Shown here one piece after another: positions 48,738-58,311 of a stretch of 64,000 nt of DNA; position 1 is the stretch's first letter, and the number at the start of each line of letters is the position of its first letter. A model generated the notes under the pieces. That model did not search any database. It saw only the letters and a program-made list of their open reading frames with translations, and was not told the origin of the DNA. Location: NCBI GenBank assembly GCA_944319875.1, contig CALUFR010000027.1:725-64724 (forward strand), written 5' to 3'. A program made the position numbers and the translations under genes. This DNA is from an uncultured Bacteroides sp. (GTDB lineage: Bacteria > Bacteroidota > Bacteroidia > Bacteroidales > Bacteroidaceae).

Positions 48738-50222
48738 TTAGCCTACCCACTTGAACAGGCGGTTCCAGCGTATCTTTCCGTTGAACCAGTCGCGATCCTT
48801 GTCCAGCGAGAGCCATACGACGAGCGGCTTGCCCACCACGTGGTCCTCGGGTACGAATCCCCAATATCGGGAGTCGGCCGAATTGTGGCGGTTGTCGCCC
48901 ATCATCCAGTAGTAGTCCATCCGGAAGGTATAGGTGTCAGTCTTTTGCCCGTTAATGTAAAGCCCGTCCGGGCGTCGTTCCAGCTTATTGCCTTCGTAGG
49001 CCGTGATGCAGCGTTCGTAGATGGGCAGGTTGTCATCCGTCAGGGTGATGGTGGCGCCTTTAGCGGGTATCCAGATGGGGCCGTAATTGTTGCGGTCCCA
49101 CTTTGTGTAGAGGTTTTGCGGATACATTTGTCCGGCAAAGCTTTCGGGCTCCATGGCGATGCGGCTGACAAGCTTCTTGTTGCTTTCGAGTGTCTGTCGC
49201 ATGGCCTGCGTCAGTGGCAGATGGTAGACGGGAGCCAGGCGGCCCTGTGCGTCACGATGGCTGAAGCCCATGGCTTCCAGTTCGGCTTCCCAGCCTGGAT
49301 CGTTGTTCATTAGCCACTGATCGTCTTTACTGATGCCCAGCTCACGGAAAAGGTTGTCGGGGATCAGCGGACCGGTGGTCTGTACAAAATAGTTGAACTG
49401 CAGTCCTTCGGGGTTCTCGATGGCTTGGCCGTCGATGTACACCTGTCCGTTTTTGATCTGGAGTGTGTCGCCCGGCAGGCCCACGCAGCGCTTCACGTAG
49501 TTTTCGCGGCGGTCTACGGGACGGGTGATGACCTTGCCGTACATCTGTGGGTTGGACAGGATGAGGTCACGTCCCGCCTTGTAGTAGAGGTCGTAGACGG
49601 CACGCTGTTGCCGGCGCGTCAGGCTGTCCATGTCGATGTACTTGGGGTAGACGCGTTGTCCTTCGCTATATGCCAGGCTGTAGAAATCGGTCTGCTGGAA
49701 GTTTGTGGCCACGGTGTCGCCCGCGGGAAAGTTGAACACCACGATGTCGTTCAGTTTCACCTGTCCGAAGCCCGGCACACGCTTGTACTCCCACTGCGGC
49801 CACTCAATGTAGGACTTGCAGTTGAAAATGGGCAGTGTGTGTTGTGCCAGGGGCATGGAGAGCGGTGTGTTGGGCACACGCGGCCCGTAGCTCACCTTGC
49901 TCACGTAGAGGAAGTCTCCCACGAGTAGCGATTTCTCTAACGATGACGACGGAATCTGGTAGTTCTGAAAAAGGTAGATGTTGACGAAGTAGACAGCCAC
50001 GAGAGCGAACACGATGGCATCCACCCAGCTCATAACGCTTCGCAAAGCGGAGCTTTTTGTTTTGCGCCACCAGCTCCAAGGTACCTTCTTGCTGATGTAG
50101 ATATCATAGATGAAAGGCACAACGATCAGTCCCCACCAACTTCTCACCCACAGGAGGAAGAGTAGGTAAAGGGCGGTGACGATGCCGAATTTAATCCATT
50201 GTTTCGTTGGTACAGGTTTCAT
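48738..50222 (-). CDS. lepB: Signal peptidase I
   Basis: IPSSSL, YVKRCVGLPGD, MGDNRHNSADSR motifs. Confidence 0.95.
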   Translation of the reverse strand: MKPVPTKQWIKFGIVTALYLLFLLWVRSWWGLIVVPFIYDIYISKKVPWSWWRKTKSSALRSVMSWVDAIVFALVAVYFVNIYLFQNYQIPSSSLEKSLLVGDFLYVSKVSYGPRVPNTPLSMPLAQHTLPIFNCKSYIEWPQWEYKRVPGFGQVKLNDIVVFNFPAGDTVATNFQQTDFYSLAYSEGQRVYPKYIDMDSLTRRQQRAVYDLYYKAGRDLILSNPQMYGKVITRPVDRRENYVKRCVGLPGDTLQIKNGQVYIDGQAIENPEGLQFNYFVQTTGPLIPDNLFRELGISKDDQWLMNNDPGWEAELEAMGFSHRDAQGRLAPVYHLPLTQAMRQTLESNKKLVSRIAMEPESFAGQMYPQNLYTKWDRNNYGPIWIPAKGATITLTDDNLPIYERCITAYEGNKLERRPDGLYINGQKTDTYTFRMDYYWMMGDNRHNSADSRYWGFVPEDHVVGKPLVVWLSLDKDRDWFNGKIRWNRLFKWVG

Positions 50223-50287
50223 GACAGGATATATTTATTACTTAAGCGCACGGATGACACTGATTCAATCAATCTGCGCGGATTTTA

Positions 50288-51022
50288 TTATTTCAAGAAC
50301 GGAAACAGGTCGCTCATCCCCAAGAAACCCGTGTGTTGAGCCGTGTACTCAGCCGCCAGGACAGCGCCCAATGCAAAGCCTTGGCGGTTTTTCGCGTCGT
50401 GCGTAATGGTGATGCTGTCTGCCTCCGAATCGTAGCGGATGCTATGGATGCCCGGCACCTCACCCTCGCGGATGGCCGTGATGTACAGACTCTCTTTTTC
50501 CTCTTTCTTCCCGGAAGAAGCCAACTCCCATTTCGTCTTGCGGTCGAGGTTCTCCAGGATGCCTTCAGCCAAGGTGATGGCGGTGCCGCTTGGAGCGTCG
50601 AGCTTGTGGACGTGGTGCGTTTCTGTCATGCTGACATCATACGTGGGGAATTGGTTCATGATGCGGGCCAGGTACTTGTTTACCGCGGAAAAGACGGCTA
50701 CGCCCAGACTGAAGTTGCTCGACCAGAAGAACGTTTTGCCCTCTTCCGTACAAAAACGCTTCATCTCCTCGCCATGCTCTGCCATCCAGCCCGTACTGCC
50801 CGATACGAGCTTCACGCCTTCCTCCATTGCCCGCAGGCAGTTGCTGTAGGCAGCTTTGGGGTTGGTGAACTCGATGGCCACGTCCGCCGAGCGGAAAGCT
50901 TCGGACGCGAAATCGGCCTGATTGTCAATGTCAATGATGCAGACCACCTCATGTCCGCGGCTCAGGGCAATTTTCTCTATTTCCTTGCCCATCTTTCCAT
51001 AACCGATAAGTGCTATTTTCAT
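50288..51022 (-). CDS. dapB: 4-hydroxy-tetrahydrodipicolinate reductase
   Basis: GYGKMG, ETHHVHKLDAPSGTA motifs. Confidence 0.96.
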   Translation of the reverse strand: MKIALIGYGKMGKEIEKIALSRGHEVVCIIDIDNQADFASEAFRSADVAIEFTNPKAAYSNCLRAMEEGVKLVSGSTGWMAEHGEEMKRFCTEEGKTFFWSSNFSLGVAVFSAVNKYLARIMNQFPTYDVSMTETHHVHKLDAPSGTAITLAEGILENLDRKTKWELASSGKKEEKESLYITAIREGEVPGIHSIRYDSEADSITITHDAKNRQGFALGAVLAAEYTAQHTGFLGMSDLFPFLK

Positions 51023-51214
51023 GTTTCGCTGTTTTCTTTATTTATATATGTGCGCAAAGATAGGATTTTTCTTACACAAACGGTTAGAATTAACTTCTTG
51101 TTAACAATGGCGGGAAGCCAATTTTGCGGGTGGTGGAGTTGGAGGAAAAAGGAAAAGCGACTACTTTTGCGGCGGCAAGCATTCCCAAGATGCCTGCCGT
51201 TAATCGTTACCGAC

Positions 51215-52498
51215 ATGGAACATCTTTTACACTATCTTTGGAAACATAAGATTTTCCCTTTGCGGGAACTCCGCACCACTGACGGCCAGCGGCTGGAAGT
51301 CATAGATCCGGGCCTGCCCAATACCGACGCGGGGCCTGACTTCTTCAACGCCAAGCTGAAACTGGACGGCGTGCTGTGGGTGGGGAACGTGGAGTTGCAT
51401 GACCGCTCCTCACTTTGGATGAAGCACGGACATCAGTCGGACGGAGCCTATGACAATGTTGTCCTGCACGTTGTGGGTGAGGCCGATTGTCCCGTCTGCC
51501 GTCGTGACGGACAGCCCATTCCTCAGCTCGTTTTGACTTGTCCCGACGAAGTAGCCCGCCGCTACGATGAGTTGCGTCGCTCGGAAGTTCATCCGCCCTG
51601 CTATTCCATTCTCTCCTCACTGCCCCGTCTGATGGTGCATTCTTGGCTCTCCGCCTTGCAGGTGGAGCGTTTCGAGCGGAAGGCGCACGATATTCGTGCT
51701 CGTCTGGATGCTTATGCTAATCATTGGGAGGATGTGTTTTTCGTCACCTTGGCGCGCAACTATGGCTTTGGGCTGAACAGTGACACTTTCGAGGCTTGGG
51801 CGCGACTCATTCCCTTCCGTGCGGTGGACAAGCATCGCGATAACCTCTTTCAGATAGAAGCTTTCTTCCTCGGCATGGCCGGCTTGCTGGAAGAGGAGCA
51901 TTCCGATTATGGTGATTACTATCTCAGCCTCCAGAAGGAGTTCCGCTATCTGCGTCAGAAGTTTAGCCTGCCTGCTCCACTGAATCCATCCCGCTGGAAA
52001 CTCTTGCGTCAGCGCCCCGGTGGCTTCCCTTATGTCCGCCTGGCTCAGCTGGCCGACCTTTACCATCGCGGGCAGACGCTTTTCTCGCGGGTGATGGAAG
52101 CGACTACCATCGATGAATTGCGTGAGTTGCTGGCCGTGAATACCTCTTCTTATTGGGAGGAACATTTCACCTTCGGACGAACTTCCGTCCGCCGGCCTAA
52201 GCGGATGGGCAGCAGTGCGCTCGACCTGATTATCATCAATACCATTGTTCCTTTCCTCTATGCTTACGGACAGCACCGACAGGAAGAGCGGCTTTGTGAG
52301 CGGGCCACTATGCTGCTGGAGACTCTGAAGGCTGAGGACAATTACATCACGCGGATGTGGAGTGGAGCCGGACTACCTGTTTCGACCGCCGCCGATTCGC
52401 AAGCTCTCATTCAGCTTCAGAAGGAATATTGCGACCGCAAGGATTGCCTGCGTTGTCGCTTTGGCTATGAATTCTTGCGGAGTTCAGGTGCTTCCTGA
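51215..52498 (+). CDS. DUF2851 family protein
   Basis: N-GPDFFNAK, GNVELH, YDNVVLHVV motifs, C-terminal CDRKDCLRC; the track ORF's upstream extension over dapB is spurious. Confidence 0.85.
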   Translation: MEHLLHYLWKHKIFPLRELRTTDGQRLEVIDPGLPNTDAGPDFFNAKLKLDGVLWVGNVELHDRSSLWMKHGHQSDGAYDNVVLHVVGEADCPVCRRDGQPIPQLVLTCPDEVARRYDELRRSEVHPPCYSILSSLPRLMVHSWLSALQVERFERKAHDIRARLDAYANHWEDVFFVTLARNYGFGLNSDTFEAWARLIPFRAVDKHRDNLFQIEAFFLGMAGLLEEEHSDYGDYYLSLQKEFRYLRQKFSLPAPLNPSRWKLLRQRPGGFPYVRLAQLADLYHRGQTLFSRVMEATTIDELRELLAVNTSSYWEEHFTFGRTSVRRPKRMGSSALDLIIINTIVPFLYAYGQHRQEERLCERATMLLETLKAEDNYITRMWSGAGLPVSTAADSQALIQLQKEYCDRKDCLRCRFGYEFLRSSGAS

Positions 52499-52586
52499 AT
52501 GTTTCACACGTTTCACCCTGATGTTTCACCTTATTTCTCTTATTAACAAACAGTTGGCATGCTGTGAAGGCGTGAAGGGAGGATGA

Positions 52587-52660
52587 TAATGGTTAGTTGT
52601 TAATGGTTAATGGTTAATGGTTAATGGTGAATGATTAATGGTGAATGATTAATGGTTAAT
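52587..52660. repeat. (TTAATGG)-type heptamer tandem array, about 10 units
   Basis: taatggttagttgttaatggttaatggttaatggttaatggtgaatgattaatgg... Confidence 0.9.
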
Positions 52661-52681
52661 TAATATACTCTTATCATTAAT

Positions 52682-52760
52682 TCTCACGCCGTGCTTCGTG
52701 GCCATCTCATGGCACGTGCCGTTACCACCTGACGACACGTGCCGTCACTCCCCCATGACA
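52682..52760. repeat. 23-bp tandem repeat element (3 units plus a partial unit fused to the rpn fragment)
   Basis: Unit starts at 52682, 52705, 52728, 52751; CACGTGCCGT cores. Confidence 0.8.
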
Positions 52761-53064
52761 CCTGCCGCCCTACCGCACGGCATACATAATAGAGCGTACG
52801 GTCCAGGAAGTTGCTGTGCCATCTGTTCTGCATCTCCACGATGATGTATTCTCCCGTGGAGGTGAGGCAGTAGAGGTCATAGACCGCGCCCCGGTCGTGC
52901 ACGTTTTCCGCACGGTCTTCCTTGTCGATAAACGTCAGGTCCTCGATGTGGTGCTCTCCCGCCAGCAGTTCATTCAGCAGGGTGATGAGCAGGTCTTTGC
53001 TGGCCGGCTGACCGAATATGATCTTGAAACCGATGTCGGTAAAAGGATTTACGAAGTGAGACAT
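52684..53064 (-). pseudogene. Truncated duplicate of the Rpn gene (N-terminal ~102 codons)
   Basis: 52759-53070 matches 53740-54051 with 5 substitutions, then runs into the repeat array. Confidence 0.85.
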
Positions 53065-53130
53065 ATTGTAACTATTTGTTTTTTCTATTTACTATCCTAA
53101 AGTTACGGATTTTTGTGGAAAAACAATATT

Positions 53131-54045
53131 TTATTTCGGCTTTATCGCCTTAATTTCTTCCACCGTCAAGCCCGTGGCCTGGGCAACCGTCTCTACGGGA
53201 AGTCCCATGGAAAGCATGTTGGCTGCAATGGACAGGGCTTTCTCTGTTTGACCTTTTTTTATTCCTTCTTCCCAGATGTCTTCCTCCACAATGCGGCTGA
53301 TGCGGTAGCTGTCCACCGCCTTGTCATACGCCACACGGTTCTCTGCCGACAGGTTGGCTACCGCCGCCAGTCGGTCCAGACGCTTGAACACCTGTTCCTT
53401 CAACGCGTCCGGCATTCTGCTCCATTGGTTCATATTCTTCAACGCATACATTAGTTTGTCATATAGAGTATCGCAGTCCTCCAGCCCTTTCGTGAAGTAG
53501 GGGAACTGCAGGTAGATCTGTCTGAAGTGGCGGTTCACCACCTTTCCGCTCTCCCGGTCGGCCACAATCGTGTCCGTGCGGAACTTCTCCTCCAGTCCCG
53601 GTTCCTTGAAGTTCATCAGGAAAATCCCGTATACCGTGGAAAGGCGGTAGCGCGACCCGTAGGACACCGGCGCTTCGCGGACCATGCCCGCCTCCCCGTC
53701 ATCCGGCGGCAACGGAATCCCCTCCGTCACGGGCTGCTCCACCTGCCGCCCTACCGCACGGCATACATAATAGAGCGTGCGGTCCAGGAAGTTGCTGTGC
53801 CATCTGTTCTGCATCTCCACGATGATGTATTCTCCCGTAGAGGTGAGGCAGTAGAGGTCATAGACCACGCCCCGGTCGTGCACGTTTTCCGCACGGTCTT
53901 CCTTGTCGATAAACGTCAGGTCCTCGATATGGTGCTCTCCCGCCAGCAGTTCATTCAGCAGGGTGATGAGCAGGTCTTTGCTGGCCGGCTGACCGAATAT
54001 AATCTTGAAACCGATGTCGGTAAAAGGATTTACGAAGTGAGACAT
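53131..54045 (-). CDS. Rpn family PD-(D/E)XK nuclease (recombination-promoting nuclease / putative transposase)
   Basis: NPFTDIGFKIIFG, YD...IIVEMQ, DRTLYY, C-terminal EGIKKG...IAANML...VAQATGLT; TTTG-N19-TACCTTTG promoter upstream. Confidence 0.92.
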   Translation of the reverse strand: MSHFVNPFTDIGFKIIFGQPASKDLLITLLNELLAGEHHIEDLTFIDKEDRAENVHDRGVVYDLYCLTSTGEYIIVEMQNRWHSNFLDRTLYYVCRAVGRQVEQPVTEGIPLPPDDGEAGMVREAPVSYGSRYRLSTVYGIFLMNFKEPGLEEKFRTDTIVADRESGKVVNRHFRQIYLQFPYFTKGLEDCDTLYDKLMYALKNMNQWSRMPDALKEQVFKRLDRLAAVANLSAENRVAYDKAVDSYRISRIVEEDIWEEGIKKGQTEKALSIAANMLSMGLPVETVAQATGLTVEEIKAIKPK

Positions 54046-54255
54046 ATTGTATATTCCTTTTATATATTTCTTATTAGTTGCTTTACGCAAAGGTAAGACT
54101 TTTTGAGGAAAGCGCAAAATATAAGAACGGTGTAACCACTCGTAACGACCTCATATACTTTCCCCCGTCATGCTATCTTTGCCGGAGCTATGATGGGAAA
54201 TCAATAGTTTTTTTGTAACTTTGCGCCCCGAAACATATAGATACACAAAGATTTA

Positions 54256-56133
54256 ATGAAGACATTTGAAGAGCTGGGTGTGTCGCAGGAGATACGCCGC
54301 GCCATCGAAGAGCTGGGATATGAGCATCCCATGCCGGTACAAGAAGAGGTTATTCCTTATCTTTTGGGAGAAAATAACGACGTCGTTGCCTTGGCACAGA
54401 CAGGCACGGGGAAAACCGCCGCTTTCGGCCTGCCCCTACTGCAAAAGACCGACATCCACAAGAACTATCCCCAGTCACTCATCCTCTGCCCCACCCGCGA
54501 ACTCTGCCTGCAAATAGCCGGTGACCTGAACGATTATGCCAAGTACATCAAAGACATGCACATACTGCCCGTGTACGGAGGCTCGTCCATCGAAAGCCAG
54601 ATACGGGCCTTGAAACGAGGCGTGCAAATCATCGTGGCCACGCCCGGACGGTTACTGGACCTGATGGAACGCGGTACGGTCTCGCTGGCTTCCATCCAGA
54701 ACGTTGTCATGGACGAGGCGGACGAGATGCTGAACATGGGATTCTCGGAGAGCATCAACGCCATCCTGGCACAAGTGCCCGAGGAACGAAACACCCTGCT
54801 GTTCTCCGCCACCATGAGTCCGGAAATAGCCCGCATCGCCAAGAATTACCTCCGCCAAGCAAAAGAGATCACAATAGGGCGCAAAAACGAGGGAACCGCG
54901 AACGTAAAGCACGTGGCTTACGTCGTACATGCCAAAGACAAATACGAGACCCTGAAACGTATCGTGGATTTCTACCCGCAGATATACGCCATCATCTTCT
55001 GCCGCACACGCAAGGAAACGCAGGAGATAGCCGACAAGCTGATGCAGGAAGGCTATAACGCCGACGCCCTCCACGGCGAACTGACGCAGACGGCGCGCGA
55101 CATGGTGATGCAGAAGTTCCGCATCCGCAACCTCCAGTTACTGGTAGCTACCGACGTGGCCGCGCGTGGACTGGACGTGGACGACCTGACACACGTCATC
55201 AACTATGGCCTGCCTGACGACACGGAAAGCTACACCCACCGAAGCGGACGTACCGGACGCGCCGGAAAAACGGGAACTTCCATCGCCATCATCAATCTGC
55301 GCGAGAAAGGCAAGCTGCGCCAGATAGAACGCATCATCGGAAAGACCTTTGAAGCGGGCGTCATGCCTACGGCCAAGCAGATCTGCGAGAAGCAGCTGAT
55401 GAAAGTCATCGACGACTTGGAGAAGGTGAAGGTGAACGAAGAGGAGATAGCGGACTTCATGCCCGACGTCTACCGCAAACTGGACTGGCTCTCCAAAGAG
55501 GATCTCATCAAGCGCATGGTGTCCCTCGAGTTCAACCGCTTCGTGGAATATTACCGCGGCCGCAATGATATAGAGACCGTCAGCCTCAAGGAAGAGAAGA
55601 AAGGCGACAAAGGCGGGAAAGACAAGAAGAAGAACGGCAGTCGCAAGGCCGAAGCGGGCTTCAAGCGCCTCTTCATCAACGTGGGAAAGACGGACAACTT
55701 CTTCCCCGCCGACCTCATCGGCCTCATCAACAGCCACACGAAAGACCGTATCGACCTGGGATGCATCGACCTGATGCGCAACTTCTCGTTCTTCGAAGTG
55801 GACGAAGCGGAAGCCGACAAGGTCATCAGAATCCTGAACCACCTGCGCTGGGGCAGCCGGAAAATCTCCGTCGAAGTGGCCGAAGAAACCGGCGAGAACA
55901 CCGGAAAGAAGAAAAAGGCTGACCGCAAGGACGGGAAACCCCGCACCGGAAAAGACGCTAAAGAGCCTGTACACACCAAGCCCAGCCGCAAAGAACGCGG
56001 CTACACCAAGCCCCGGGGCCGCAAGGACGACTGGAAGCAGTTCTTCCGGCACGACAATGAGCTGAAAGGTCCCGAACCTGACTTCAGCGAAGAGGGATGG
56101 GCCAAGCCTTTGAAGAAAAAGAGGAAAAAGTGA
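54256..56133 (+). CDS. DEAD-box RNA helicase with DbpA-type RNA-binding domain
   Basis: AQTGTGKT, PTREL, DEAD, SAT, HRSGRTGRAG motifs. Confidence 0.95.
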   Translation: MKTFEELGVSQEIRRAIEELGYEHPMPVQEEVIPYLLGENNDVVALAQTGTGKTAAFGLPLLQKTDIHKNYPQSLILCPTRELCLQIAGDLNDYAKYIKDMHILPVYGGSSIESQIRALKRGVQIIVATPGRLLDLMERGTVSLASIQNVVMDEADEMLNMGFSESINAILAQVPEERNTLLFSATMSPEIARIAKNYLRQAKEITIGRKNEGTANVKHVAYVVHAKDKYETLKRIVDFYPQIYAIIFCRTRKETQEIADKLMQEGYNADALHGELTQTARDMVMQKFRIRNLQLLVATDVAARGLDVDDLTHVINYGLPDDTESYTHRSGRTGRAGKTGTSIAIINLREKGKLRQIERIIGKTFEAGVMPTAKQICEKQLMKVIDDLEKVKVNEEEIADFMPDVYRKLDWLSKEDLIKRMVSLEFNRFVEYYRGRNDIETVSLKEEKKGDKGGKDKKKNGSRKAEAGFKRLFINVGKTDNFFPADLIGLINSHTKDRIDLGCIDLMRNFSFFEVDEAEADKVIRILNHLRWGSRKISVEVAEETGENTGKKKKADRKDGKPRTGKDAKEPVHTKPSRKERGYTKPRGRKDDWKQFFRHDNELKGPEPDFSEEGWAKPLKKKRKK

Positions 56134-56142
56134 CCCGCGGCC

Positions 56143-58284
56143 TTATTCGATTTTCAATTCCTGTATCAGGCGGCTTGCTTTGCCGTATTTTTCGATGATG
56201 AACAAGACGTAGCGGATGTCTACCCCGATGCAACGTTGCAGGCGCGGCTCGTAGAGGTAGTCGCTGCTCATGGCTTCCCAGTTGCCGTCGAAAGCCAGTC
56301 CCAGGAGCTGTCCCCGTGCATTGAACATGGCGCTACCGCTGTTTCCGCCCGTGATGTCGTTGTCCGAGATGAAGCAGACTTTCATTTCGCCCTTTTCATC
56401 GGCATAACGCCCGAAGTCCCCGCTCTCCAACAGGTTTACCAGCTCGGGCTGCAAATCAAAGTCTGATTCATTGCGGTACTCGCGGGCTTTCTCCAGAATG
56501 CCGCGCACGGTCGTAAAGTGGCGGTAACCGGCTCCGTCGAACGGTTCATATCCTCGCATCGTGCCGAAACTGAGGCGCATCGTGGAGTTGGCGTCAGGAT
56601 AAAAACGGCGGTCGGCATAATACCGACGCACGGCTGCGTTGAACAACCGCTCACCACGGTCAACAGCCAGATTAGCGGCACTCATCCGCATGTTCATTTC
56701 AAAGAGTTGGGTGATGAGGTCAATGCTCAGGCTGATGGCAGGGTCATTGAAGAAATTCAACGTGGTGTCGTTCTCCAGAAAGCGTTTCAGTCCACGGGGT
56801 GTAGCGAAAGCCGTGCGGGCATACAGGCTGTCCACGTAGGCCCGTTCACTGCCACCATAGACGGTGGCAATGGAATCATAAAGCGGCGGCAGGTAGTCGG
56901 CCTCTACATGACGGGGATATTCCTTCAGCAAGGCAGTAAAAACTTCTTTGTCAATATCCAGATCGAGGTTGGCATATTTGTCCACAATCGTTTTCAAACT
57001 GGCCTCGACTGCCTTCGAATCAGCGTCGAAGTCGAAGTTCAGGATGCTGAGAGCCAGTTGCACCAGCTCGGGACCATTGAAGAAGCTTTCCAGCAAATAA
57101 GCCTGCGCCCGATTGGCGGCACGACGATCCTTGTAGGCCAGTTCAAGGTCGGTCAAGAGGTGGAGCAGGCTGTCACGTTCGGCGGGAGTGCGGCGTATCC
57201 AGTTCTGCAAATCGCGTTCCATCGCCCGTTTCTTCTCAAGCACTCCCAGACGGCGGAGGGAGCGGTTCGCACCGATGCTGTTTTTCCAGTAATTGGAACT
57301 TTCATCGTACTTGGAAGCGTACTTGATGCGGATGTCATCGCTGGCATCCATAGCCCGCTTCCAGACAGTCTGTTTCACGCCGCGGATGTCTATCTGTGCT
57401 TGGTTGACACCGTTCATGGCTTCCTCGATGCCGAAGGACGAAAGGTAGCGTTCCGTCGTGCCGGGATAACCCAGCGTCATGCAGAAATCCCCCTCCCGAT
57501 AGCCTTCCAGGGAGATGGGAGCCACGTAACGAGGGTGATAGGGCACGTTGTCGGGTGAGTAGTCGGCCGGACGGTTCTCGCTGTCGGCATAAATGCGGAA
57601 CACGCAGAAGTCGCCCGTATGGCGCGGCCACATCCAGTTGTCCTTGTCCCAACCGAACTTGCCGACGGACGAGGGCGGAGCAAACACCAGGCGGACATCA
57701 TTGAAATCCTGATAGACAGAAAGCCAGAACTCATTGCCGCCATAGTAGGCATCGACCACGCCCGTCAGCGTGGAGTCTTCTCGCGACACTTCGGCTCCGA
57801 CAGCCAGCATCACCGAATCGACGGCACCGGCCCGGGCAGACTCGTCCATGTCCGGCCGCACGGCGGAAAGAACGCGTTCCGTCACGTTCTCCTGGCGCAG
57901 GAGGAAGCGGACGTAGAGTTCGGGATTGGGCAGTTCCTCGTCACGTGTGCGGGCTACGAAACCGTCGCGCAGGTAGTCGTGCTCCACACTGGAATGTTGC
58001 TGCACGCTGCCGAAACCGCAATGGTGGTTGGTGAACACCAGTCCGTCCTCGGACACCACCACGCCCGAACAGAAACCACCGAAGCTCACCACGGCATCCT
58101 TCAGCGAAGGCTTACGGGAACTGTACAGTTCTTTCGGCTTGAGCTCAAGCCCCATCTCTTTCAGGATGCGGACTGTCTGTTTGTCCAGATTCCCCGGCAT
58201 CCACATGCCTTCATCGGCCATGACGGCCACGCTTGCCAACAGGCAGAATACACTCATCAGGCGACATTTCAAGTCTCTCATCAT
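56143..58284 (-). CDS. S46 family dipeptidyl peptidase (DPP7-like)
   Basis: ADEGMW, TNHHC, TGGNSGS, FDGNWE (Gly at the specificity position). Confidence 0.9.
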   Translation of the reverse strand: MMRDLKCRLMSVFCLLASVAVMADEGMWMPGNLDKQTVRILKEMGLELKPKELYSSRKPSLKDAVVSFGGFCSGVVVSEDGLVFTNHHCGFGSVQQHSSVEHDYLRDGFVARTRDEELPNPELYVRFLLRQENVTERVLSAVRPDMDESARAGAVDSVMLAVGAEVSREDSTLTGVVDAYYGGNEFWLSVYQDFNDVRLVFAPPSSVGKFGWDKDNWMWPRHTGDFCVFRIYADSENRPADYSPDNVPYHPRYVAPISLEGYREGDFCMTLGYPGTTERYLSSFGIEEAMNGVNQAQIDIRGVKQTVWKRAMDASDDIRIKYASKYDESSNYWKNSIGANRSLRRLGVLEKKRAMERDLQNWIRRTPAERDSLLHLLTDLELAYKDRRAANRAQAYLLESFFNGPELVQLALSILNFDFDADSKAVEASLKTIVDKYANLDLDIDKEVFTALLKEYPRHVEADYLPPLYDSIATVYGGSERAYVDSLYARTAFATPRGLKRFLENDTTLNFFNDPAISLSIDLITQLFEMNMRMSAANLAVDRGERLFNAAVRRYYADRRFYPDANSTMRLSFGTMRGYEPFDGAGYRHFTTVRGILEKAREYRNESDFDLQPELVNLLESGDFGRYADEKGEMKVCFISDNDITGGNSGSAMFNARGQLLGLAFDGNWEAMSSDYLYEPRLQRCIGVDIRYVLFIIEKYGKASRLIQELKIE

Positions 58285-58311
58285 TATTCTCTCCAATCTT
58301 TTTCCCAAGGA

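Noticed and set aside
47797..48864. Apparent overlap or frameshift fusion of lepB with the second S26 ORF
   Set aside because: A plausible ATG at 48717 lies 20 bp after the lepB stop; no slippery site is needed
50333..51214. 721-aa ORF suggesting a long N-terminal extension of DUF2851
   Set aside because: The extension is the antisense shadow of dapB; the family-like sequence starts at ATG 51215
52499..52580. TTTCAC x3 followed by inverted GTGAAG x2 after DUF2851
   Set aside because: Too short and degenerate to assign; could be a weak terminator or repeat remnant
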